Source of the DNA: Candidatus Subterrananammoxibius californiae
GTDB lineage: Bacteria; Planctomycetota; Brocadiia; Brocadiales; Subterrananammoxibiaceae
NCBI GenBank assembly: GCA_030586555.1
Contig: JAURAC010000037.1
Location: forward strand, 1-29,013
Length of the DNA: 29,013 nt
Direction: 5' to 3'
In this document: positions 9,314 through 17,051 of the stretch, in pieces
Layout of the letters: the number at the start of each line of letters is the position of its first letter
Position numbering within the stretch: position 1 is the first letter of the stretch
Program-made: the position numbers and the translations under genes
The notes under the pieces: generated by a model
What the model was told of the DNA's origin: nothing
Seen by the model: only the letters and a program-made list of their open reading frames with translations
The model's database searches: none

Positions 9314-10883
9314 GTAGGAATAATGACCTGATGAAAAAGGGATTGCGACCTTCTTCACGAATACTGTAAGGCACACGCTGTTCAGTAGGAATAATGACCT
9401 GATGAAAAAGGGATTGCGACGCGATAATGTCCACTTGTGCAAGCCGTCTATGATTTTCGTAGGAATAATGACCTGATGAAAAAGGGATTGCGACTTCGCT
9501 ATAATTTGCCTGTGGCGCAGGCTCGTCAATCACGTAGGAATAATGACCTGATGAAAAAGGGATTGCGACAAAGTTATGTCCGCGATGATAGTCTTGCCCT
9601 TTATCGTAGGAATAATGACCTGATGAAAAAGGGATTGCGACTCTATAATAGACCCTTGCCCCGCCCACCTCTGCCACCGTAGGAATAATGACCTGATGAA
9701 AAAGGGATTGCGACATTTATAATTATTATTAAATCTGATTCACCCATTTTTTGTAGGAATAATGACCTGATGAAAAAGGGATTGCGACCTCCACTCCTTC
9801 AATACCTCGGAGTGTTCTGAATGGTAGGAATAATGACCTGATGAAAAAGGGATTGCGACACCCGCTTAATCTGCTTCGCAAATGAGACGGTTGAAAGTAG
9901 GAATAATGACCTGATGAAAAAGGGATTGCGACAAGGCTAAGGCTGTTGATAGGATTAAACGGTATGCTGTAGGAATAATGACCTGATGAAAAAGGGATTG
10001 CGACTGCGCCCGATTATTATAGTTCTGGTAAAGCCGTTTTGTAGGAATAATGACCTGATGAAAAAGGGATTGCGACCTTGTAATTCTTCACGTGTGAGAC
10101 AGCCTTCGATACGTAGGAATAATGACCTGATGAAAAAGGGATTGCGACGTGTCAATCGTATCAGTTCAAGCGATTGTATAGGGGTAGGAATAATGACCTG
10201 ATGAAAAAGGGATTGCGACTAGCAGTTACACGTCGGATTACTTCCCCGCCCTTACAGTAGGAATAATGACCTGATGAAAAAGGGATTGCGACGAAAACCA
10301 TATTATCGAGGTTATGTTTTAAGTTTTAGAGTAGGAATAATGACCTGATGAAAAAGGGATTGCGACCGTGTCAATTGCCGCTTGCTGAATAAAACCGAAA
10401 TATCCGTAGGAATAATGACCTGATGAAAAAGGGATTGCGACCCTATCCACCACCTCAGCCACGGTCAGCGCAAAAGGGTAGGAATAATGACCTGATGAAA
10501 AAGGGATTGCGACGGATATAAAAGACCATTTCGTGCTGTTAAATACTTTGTAGGAATAATGACCTGATGAAAAAGGGATTGCGACCATGAAAAGAAGGAG
10601 AACGAAGAGAACTCGTACCAAAGTAGGAATAATGACCTGATGAAAAAGGGATTGCGACAAGTCAAATATCCAGTCTATCATTTGCTTCATCTTCCCGTAG
10701 GAATAATGACCTGATGAAAAAGGGATTGCGACTCGGCAGACTGTTTTAACCTATCGCAAAACTTTTCGTCAATGTAGGAATAATGACCTGATGAAAAAGG
10801 GATTGCGACCCGTAGGGGAGTATAGCTACAACGACTTATGACTAAAAGTAGGAATAATGACCTAATGAAAAAGGGATTGCGAC
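9314..10883 (+). CRISPR. CRISPR array: 22 repeats of 36 nt (GTAGGAATAATGACCTGATGAAAAAGGGATTGCGAC), 21 spacers of 35-41 nt
   Basis: Repeats counted by eye from 9314 to 10848. The last repeat has one G>A change (CCTAATG), marking the trailer end. The 3' end ATTGCGAC fits a type III 8-nt crRNA tag. Confidence 0.98.
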
Positions 10884-10901
10884 TGCTCCGCCTACAGGCG
10901 G

Positions 10902-10957
10902 AGTTATAAGTCAATAGTCAAGAGTCTGAAGTGAGGAGTCGAGAGACGGAAGATGAG
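10902..10957. repeat. Degenerate heptamer tandem repeat (AGTYNNN) at CRISPR trailer, flanked by CCGCC/GGCGG hairpins
   Basis: agttata agtcaat agtcaag agtctga agtgagg agtcgag agacgga agatgag. Hairpins ctccgcct-ac-aggcggag before and cccgcc...ggcggg after. Confidence 0.65.
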
Positions 10958-11089
10958 CCCGCCAGAAAGATAGGCGGGTTCATTGATGAATGGGGGGGGA
11001 TTTTACAGGGTCAAGGTGGCAGTAGCCACGGATGCCGTAACCTTTGAAATTACCGCAATTAACAAAATACGGATATAGGAGGTAAAAAG

Positions 11090-13279
11090 ATGAGAAGATT
11101 CCTGTTTGCATTATTATTTCTGTCTGTTTTAATTTCGACCAGTTCTTTTGTCCAGGACCCCGGTTACGCTCAATCAACGAAATCCCTAAAGACATTCAGC
11201 GAACTAACTGTTGGCACTTTCAATATTAGCAATACTGCTCCATATTTAACATTAACTGATACTGATATAGATGCAAGGTCGCTTAAGATTGACGTTGATG
11301 CTAATCAGGTACAGTTCAAGGAGCTATCCGCCACAGACAATACTTTGCTTCGGTTTAAATTAGACACAAATCAGGTTAATGTGTTAGGAGACCCTAACAC
11401 AGGTCAAGGGGCGGATTGGAGAGACTTCAGCGTATACAAAGAATATACTGGCAGTTATGGTCTTTTAGCTGCGATTTCTAATGTTTATGCTGGTACGTCA
11501 AACCCCGACCCAGGACCTTTTGGGGGACTTCTGGTTAATGCTATTACACGTACTTGGAATGACACACCAATAACTGTACCTGAATTTTATGGAATTTTTT
11601 CAGAGCTGTATGCTGGGGGTGGTGCAAGTTGTGATAATTCAACGATAACAAAAGCATTCTGTTATAAGGCAGAGGTTGACCTTTATGCTAATGGACATAT
11701 AGTTAATGGCGTACATTATAAGGTTGAAGATTTTACCCCTACCCGGACTAATTCATCTTTTACTAATCGTTATGGTTTTTGGATGCGTAGAACCCCTAAT
11801 TTAGCCTCTACAAGAAATTATGGGTTTTATTATGGAGCCGCCGCACTCGGGGATGAACCATCAGGTAATTATTCTATTTATACGGATACGGACCCATGCT
11901 GGTTTAACAACAAGGTTACCATAGGCAAATCATTAGATATTAATAATACCGCCCCTGTCTTAACTATGACTGACACCACTTCGTCTGCAAAATCCCTTAA
12001 GATGGGCGTTGACGCAGATATTGCCCAAATAAGGGAGAAGGCAGGCGCAAATTATTCTTTAATGACCTTCGACTTAGCTAATAATAGAATTGGAATTGCG
12101 AAAAACCCAACAGAAACAGAGAAGCTACAAATCTTTAGAACTGGCTCTGGAAATGCCCTGAGACTTTTTGACCTGACAATTAGCGAGGTATCTGCGAGCA
12201 GGTGGATTTCCTTCAAACTAAATTCAACGGTGACTGGAAACCCTTGTACTATTGATTTTGACCCTCAACCGCCTGACAATAGCAGTTCACTGTTTAGATT
12301 CTTTCGTAATGTTAATACCACAGCCAGCGTTTATTTCCAGGTGATGAAAGGCGATGGCACTTCTACGGTTAATCATACTTTTTGTGGGAAAGGCGGGGAT
12401 AGCTATGTATGCGCTAATAACGGCAACTTTGGAGTTGGCACAACATCGCCTGCCGCAACTGCAATTCTTGACCTTACATCCACAACCAAAGGTGCATTGC
12501 TTCCAAGAATGACCACCGCTCAACAAGACGCCATCTCAAATCCCGCAACGGGACTGCAGATTTATAACACAGATTTAAATAAATTCAGTTATTACAATGG
12601 TACTCTATGGAAATTAGGAGAGCCAGACCCTTCAAGATTTATAAATTTATTTCAGGATTTTATACAAGCATCTACACTTGTCCCCTGGCAAGGGACTGCA
12701 CTTGCAAGCGGTAGTTTTACAAATGATACTGGAAACGCTAATCATCCCGGAGTAAGTAAGCTATCAAGTCATGCCTCAAACGCCGATTCCGGATATAGTG
12801 CAAATACAGGAGCAGACGCATTCTTATTAGCAGGTTATGAAACAACGACATTTGTATTTAAAATACCATCCGACCTCACAAATGTAGTTGTTAGAATGGG
12901 ATTCCTTGATTCGTTTACAGATACCGCTCCAACCGATGGCGTATGGGTGGAAATGAATGGAACAGCCTTAGATGGCAGAACCAGCAGTAATAGTTCCGCA
13001 AGCGATACGACAGATTACGGTACACCGCTTAGCACAGATACATGGTATAGAGTAAAAATTGTGCTTAATTCAGACGCCACAAGAGTTGATTTTTATTTGT
13101 ATAACGAATCAGGAACGCAACTTTGGACAGATAACTTAACGACAAATATTCCGACGGCAAGTGATAGAATGGTTGGTCATGCGATTATTGCTTATTATGG
13201 TGCGACACCAGGTAGTGCGATTTCCCTTCTTTATTTAGATTATATGGATTGTATAATTCCAAGAAAATTAACGAGGTAG
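11090..13279 (+). CDS. Secreted beta-rich protein with tail-fibre/adhesin-like modules
   Basis: SD AGGAGG. Signal peptide MRRFLFALLFLSVLIS. About 50-aa internal repeat (NTAPxLTxTDT..AxSLKxxVDA), and a GNFGVGTTSP...LDLTSTTKGALLPRMT...GLQIYNTD module typical of fibre-like proteins. Confidence 0.7.
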   Translation: MRRFLFALLFLSVLISTSSFVQDPGYAQSTKSLKTFSELTVGTFNISNTAPYLTLTDTDIDARSLKIDVDANQVQFKELSATDNTLLRFKLDTNQVNVLGDPNTGQGADWRDFSVYKEYTGSYGLLAAISNVYAGTSNPDPGPFGGLLVNAITRTWNDTPITVPEFYGIFSELYAGGGASCDNSTITKAFCYKAEVDLYANGHIVNGVHYKVEDFTPTRTNSSFTNRYGFWMRRTPNLASTRNYGFYYGAAALGDEPSGNYSIYTDTDPCWFNNKVTIGKSLDINNTAPVLTMTDTTSSAKSLKMGVDADIAQIREKAGANYSLMTFDLANNRIGIAKNPTETEKLQIFRTGSGNALRLFDLTISEVSASRWISFKLNSTVTGNPCTIDFDPQPPDNSSSLFRFFRNVNTTASVYFQVMKGDGTSTVNHTFCGKGGDSYVCANNGNFGVGTTSPAATAILDLTSTTKGALLPRMTTAQQDAISNPATGLQIYNTDLNKFSYYNGTLWKLGEPDPSRFINLFQDFIQASTLVPWQGTALASGSFTNDTGNANHPGVSKLSSHASNADSGYSANTGADAFLLAGYETTTFVFKIPSDLTNVVVRMGFLDSFTDTAPTDGVWVEMNGTALDGRTSSNSSASDTTDYGTPLSTDTWYRVKIVLNSDATRVDFYLYNESGTQLWTDNLTTNIPTASDRMVGHAIIAYYGATPGSAISLLYLDYMDCIIPRKLTR

Positions 13280-13294
13280 GAAGGGAGAGGGAAT

Positions 13295-13348
13295 ATGATT
13301 TTACGAATCTTTTTTTTGCTTACTGCTATCATTTACGTTTACAACTAA
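13295..13348 (+). pseudogene. 17-codon hydrophobic ORF (MILRIFFLLTAIIYVYN), probable remnant of a truncated secreted-protein gene
   Basis: Purine-rich SD GGGAGAGGG before ATG, signal-peptide-like sequence, stop just before the next promoter. Confidence 0.35.
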
Positions 13349-13358
13349 AATTTTTATG

Positions 13359-13541
13359 TTGACAAGAGGATTGTTGTATGCTATATTCATGCGATTGAGA
13401 CTCAATCTCAATTAATAATCCAGTGAAACCCTACCTTTGCATGGAGAAAAAAAGGAGGTGATAAGATATTTATACTAAAGAGCAGGTACTGGGAAAACAG
13501 AAAAAATTTGGTTGGTTATTGCGAATGAGAATTAATTACAA
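13359..13541 (+). promoter_or_regulatory. sigma70 promoter plus two Fur-like boxes (leader 1)
   Basis: TTGACA(13359)-17 bp-TATATT with extended TG. Palindrome ATTGAGACTCAATCTCAAT at 13394-13412; second box ATTGCGAATGAGAATTAATTACAA at 13518-13541. Confidence 0.75.
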
Positions 13542-13651
13542 CGACAATCTTAAGAGAATCTTCTTTCACTCATTTTAAAAGAAAATCATAATTGAAATTT
13601 TTTTTAAATGAAAGGGCAAACAAATATACTTTAAAGAAAGAGGAAAGTAGA

Positions 13652-14680
13652 ATGAAAAGTATTAAACAAATAGGGATAGTAAGCACTTGCTTGTTCATTG
13701 TTCTTAGTATAGCTATTTACAACTTCCAAACAGGCACTGCGTGGTCAAATGGTGTCAGTTACACTAATGACATTCAACCACTTTTTACGACGAATGGAGC
13801 ATGGTTTAATTATGGAGGCCTCGCATCTTTTGCATGTGGAGCATGCCATGCCTGGGATGGTGAGGACGAAGAAGAAGGGTGCTCTCCACCTTGCTATCAT
13901 CTTATGAATTTAACAACGCGTGCTGGCATGCTAAATGGCGCTGACGCAGGTTCAGTGCCGATATTCGGCGAAAGCTCCATTGGTGCCACAGACTACGACT
14001 GGGATGAGAGTGTGCTGAGGCAGAGGCTCAGGAATAACAGGATGCCTCCTGGTTGGCCATTTACTATTGATGAATCCAACAGGAACGGGCCTGATATAGT
14101 TATTAAGAGATTTGCTGACCACAATGACCATCGTCTCCGGGGTAGTAAATTTGCTATTAAGATAGATGCAAATGGGGATTATGAATATGGCTCTGACACC
14201 AATGCCGTTGGTCTCATCGGGGCATGGGTAGATGGAACCGATGCCGGGTTACATGAGAGAGGAGTAGCTCCATACGGTGGGGCCAGTGATGTGAACTGGA
14301 GAGATGTTAAGCCATTCTTTACCCAGCCGAATACGTGGTATAATGGGTCCCTTGCATGTACATACTGCCATTATTGCACCGAGGAACCCCCATGTTATCA
14401 TGCAATGAATTTATCTTCAGCAGCTGGTCTCAGGGGAGGTGCAGATGAAGGTTCGGAGCCGATACTCGGTGAAACAGAAGTTGGAGCCACAGACTTTAAT
14501 TGGGATGCGAGCGGTTTGAGAAAGAGATTGAGGAATAACCGTATGCCTCCGACTGCGCCGTTTGTGCTTGATGAGTCTAACAGGGATGGACCCACAATAG
14601 TAGATGCATTACACCCAGGAGGCATAAGCGCTGTTGATTTAATCGGTGAGTGGGTTAACAACGGGGCAAAAGATAATTAG
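13652..14680 (+). CDS. Exported dihaem c-type cytochrome made of two homologous repeats
   Basis: Signal peptide. CGACH and CTYCH, each followed by PPCYHxMNL and RLRNNRMPP. VSYTNDIQPLF start resembles planctomycete cytochrome c domains. ATG 13652 has SD GAGGAA. Confidence 0.85.
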   Translation: MKSIKQIGIVSTCLFIVLSIAIYNFQTGTAWSNGVSYTNDIQPLFTTNGAWFNYGGLASFACGACHAWDGEDEEEGCSPPCYHLMNLTTRAGMLNGADAGSVPIFGESSIGATDYDWDESVLRQRLRNNRMPPGWPFTIDESNRNGPDIVIKRFADHNDHRLRGSKFAIKIDANGDYEYGSDTNAVGLIGAWVDGTDAGLHERGVAPYGGASDVNWRDVKPFFTQPNTWYNGSLACTYCHYCTEEPPCYHAMNLSSAAGLRGGADEGSEPILGETEVGATDFNWDASGLRKRLRNNRMPPTAPFVLDESNRDGPTIVDALHPGGISAVDLIGEWVNNGAKDN

Positions 14681-14705
14681 ACCTAACAACGAGCGGTCTA
14701 TTTTG
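14678..14705 (+). terminator. Possible weak intrinsic terminator
   Basis: TAGACC...GGTCTA stem followed by TTTT immediately after the cytochrome stop. Confidence 0.3.
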
Positions 14706-14743
14706 TGGTAACTATATTTTAGCAATACAGAAAGGGAATCACG

Positions 14744-15133
14744 ATGGGAAACATTTTGCTTATAGAACATAATGCAGACCAGCGAATGCTTTATGAAACG
14801 GCACTTCGTGAGGAGGGCTATAAGGTGGTCTCCGTTGGTAGCGCAAAAGAGGCTTTGTTAAATGTGGAGTTCTTGTCACCGGATATTATTGTGCTTGATA
14901 TCCTGATGCCTGATATGGATGGCATTCAGCTTATTGGCAGACTTTTGTCCTTTAATAAACGTCATAAAATCGTAGTTCATACTGCTTATAAAACGTTCGA
15001 GAACAATCTTATGATGTTGGGTGTGGATGCATATATCCTTAAATGCTCTGACCTTACAATACTAAAAGATAGGATTCACAAACTTCTCGAACAGTCAAAT
15101 GAATTCAATTTTCAATGGTGTTCTAATAATTGA
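14744..15133 (+). CDS. Single-domain response regulator (receiver)
   Basis: PDIIVLDILMPDMDG phospho-Asp motif, HTA Thr and YILK Lys. The N-terminal acidic pair reads EH. Confidence 0.9.
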   Translation: MGNILLIEHNADQRMLYETALREEGYKVVSVGSAKEALLNVEFLSPDIIVLDILMPDMDGIQLIGRLLSFNKRHKIVVHTAYKTFENNLMMLGVDAYILKCSDLTILKDRIHKLLEQSNEFNFQWCSNN

Positions 15134-15236
15134 GACGTTTCATACGAAGGAAGACTTTTGTATTTTTTAACTGGAACATAGCGGGACGTTCCTTCGAATT
15201 TTACCGCCGGCATCACTTTTTAGAGGGGAGAATAAA

Positions 15237-15413
15237 ATGAGTCAATTTTTACAATTTTTATTAGGTGTATTTATAATAGACATCATAACATTTTCCTTAT
15301 TTGGAATTTTGTATTACATCATTGACCGGACGGTTATAAACCCACCCTGTGCGAACAATAACGTTACCTACTCCTTACATAAGGGAAAAGCTCAGGGCAC
15401 TATTTCGCAGTAA
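15237..15413 (+). CDS. Small single-TM membrane protein, 58 aa (not in ORF track)
   Basis: SD GAGGGGAG. MSQFLQFLLGVFIIDIITFSLFGILYYIIDRTVINPPCANNNVTYSLHKGKAQGTISQ, translated by hand. Confidence 0.5.
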   Translation: MSQFLQFLLGVFIIDIITFSLFGILYYIIDRTVINPPCANNNVTYSLHKGKAQGTISQ

Positions 15414-15446
15414 ATTTAAGAAACTTTTTTATGTAAGATTGCAGAG

Positions 15447-15597
15447 ATTGAGTTTCAATAGCAATAATCGGAATATTATCAAAGGGCTATTTTTGTTTCA
15501 AAGAAAGGATAGTGATTAAGATGTAAGTACCGGAATGGATGACATAAAGAAGGCAAAAAATTTTTAAGGTGTCATTGCGAACGATACTTATTTACAA
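15447..15597 (+). promoter_or_regulatory. Two Fur-like boxes (leader 2)
   Basis: ATTGAGTTTCAATAGCAAT at 15447-15465 and ATTGCGAACGATACTTATTTACAA at 15574-15597, in the same order as leaders 1 and 3. Candidate -10 TAAGAT just upstream. Confidence 0.65.
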
Positions 15598-15621
15598 AAT
15601 TCTTTAAAGGAAGGGGGAAAT

Positions 15622-16641
15622 ATGATAATGCAGTATTCATCAGGAAGAAAAGAGATGGTCAAATTGGGTTGGAGTTTTGCGGTCTTTTTGAGTTCTTTGT
15701 TTTTAATTTTTTTATCTGCTTCAGTGTCATACGGGCTGGAGAAGGAGGCTCAGAAGAAAGAGGTTGCCAAGGATGCAATAAGGGTGCAGAAGATTGGGCA
15801 AGTGCTTCAGAAAGAGGAACCCAAAACCACAGGGGTGATTGTCCTTGCCCACGGTATGCATGCAGGGCATGGGTCGTTGAAGAAAAGCTCCTGGGAGGAT
15901 TCTGTCTTGGAGGCCGTTAAACCGCTAAAGGGCTTGTACCCATTGGAAGTGGCTTTTGGCATGGCTGAACCCGATGCTATAAAGGAAGCTGTTCTTAAAT
16001 TAGAAGAAAAGGGCGTATCCGAGATAGTAGTTGTGCCCTTGTTCATCTCCTCACATAGCCCAATTATAGGAAATTCCCGTTACATCTTGGGGCTTCAGGA
16101 GGAGTTGCCCAGGACTACCAGCATAAAATCACTGCCAAAGGTAGAAAGCAAGGCAAGGTTTTACATGACAGCGGCTATGGATGATAGTATCCTTATAGCA
16201 GAAATTCTCCTGGAAAGGGCAATGGAGTTAAGCAACAATCCGGTTAAGGAGACAGTTATTTTAGTTGGGCATGGCCCTAATGACGACGAGGAGAATAGAC
16301 TTTGGCTGGAGAATATGGAGAGGCTCGCTTACTATGTCAGGGAGAAGGGGACTTTTCGAGAGGCGATGGTTGCTACCCTGCGAATAGACGCCCCAAAGGA
16401 GGTTAAACAGGAAGCCATTAATAAGCTAAGGACATTAGTAGAAACTTACGGTAAGGAAGGAAGTGTTATTATCGTTCCCCATCTCCTTGCCCCTGGCGTG
16501 GAGGAAGAGATTGTAGAAGCGCTAAGAGGTCTTGCTTATGTATACAATGGGAAAACCTTACTGCCACATGTCAACATAACCAAATGGATAGAAATGCAAG
16601 TAGAGCAGGGGCTAATGAAATTGCAGGAGAGGCAAGGATGA
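15622..16641 (+). CDS. Exported CbiX/SirB-family chelatase-like metal/tetrapyrrole-binding protein
   Basis: Signal-like hydrophobic N-terminus ending SYG. Two CbiX-type domains: VIVLAHG...VAFGMA...VVVPLFIS and VILVGHGP...IIVPHLLA. His-rich HGMHAGHG. Confidence 0.82.
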   Translation: MIMQYSSGRKEMVKLGWSFAVFLSSLFLIFLSASVSYGLEKEAQKKEVAKDAIRVQKIGQVLQKEEPKTTGVIVLAHGMHAGHGSLKKSSWEDSVLEAVKPLKGLYPLEVAFGMAEPDAIKEAVLKLEEKGVSEIVVVPLFISSHSPIIGNSRYILGLQEELPRTTSIKSLPKVESKARFYMTAAMDDSILIAEILLERAMELSNNPVKETVILVGHGPNDDEENRLWLENMERLAYYVREKGTFREAMVATLRIDAPKEVKQEAINKLRTLVETYGKEGSVIIVPHLLAPGVEEEIVEALRGLAYVYNGKTLLPHVNITKWIEMQVEQGLMKLQERQG

Positions 16642-16781
16642 AGGACTATCTTTGTTATGTTCCAATGGGATGTGCCATTGGTGGTAGCATTGCTTATTTT
16701 GTTTTTTTCTTTAAGCTCATGGTGGACTTTCTCGCAGAGATAGTCAGTTTAATACCACTTCCTTTTTTGCTGGCACAGTAA
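16638..16781 (+). CDS. Small hydrophobic membrane peptide, 47 aa
   Basis: ATGA overlap with the chelatase stop. MKDYLCYVPMGCAIGGSIAYFVFFFKLMVDFLAEIVSLIPLPFLLAQ. Confidence 0.5.
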   Translation: MKDYLCYVPMGCAIGGSIAYFVFFFKLMVDFLAEIVSLIPLPFLLAQ

Positions 16782-16825
16782 TGACTTCGTTGTTTGGTGC
16801 CGTTTGCAAAAATTGAAATTTTTTG

Positions 16826-16989
16826 TTGACTTAAAGGTGGATGTACTATATACTATTGCATTTGAGTCTCAATCGCTCATAATAAGATAATTTAATGAAC
16901 AAAAGAAAGGTGGTGAATATGGCGATGCTAAAGGTGTAGGAAAGAAAAAAATTTTTTCGTGAGTTGTTGCGAATGAGAATTAATCGCAA
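16826..16989 (+). promoter_or_regulatory. sigma70 promoter plus two Fur-like boxes (leader 3)
   Basis: TTGACT(16826)-17 bp-TATACT. ATTGCATTTGAGTCTCAAT at 16855-16873 (reverse complement matches the leader-1 box 16/19); GTTGCGAATGAGAATTAATCGCAA at 16966-16989. Confidence 0.75.
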
Positions 16990-17051
16990 TAAATTATGAT
17001 TTGTAAGAAATGTGATAAGGGGAATTTTTTTTCGAAGAAAGGGGAAATAAA

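Noticed and set aside
9260..10914. ORFs in the track with recurring peptides such as VAIPFSSGHYSY and RRNNDLMKKGLR
   Set aside because: Translations of CRISPR repeats and spacers, not genes.
10992..11056. Possible riboswitch upstream of the fibre-like gene (GTGGC-AGTA-GCCAC; TCAAGGT...ACCTTTGA)
   Set aside because: Only short stems and no aptamer consensus I recognise; would need an Rfam scan.
11090..13279. Prophage, or diversity-generating retroelement target
   Set aside because: No integrase, capsid, terminase or reverse transcriptase, and no template/variable repeat pair seen.
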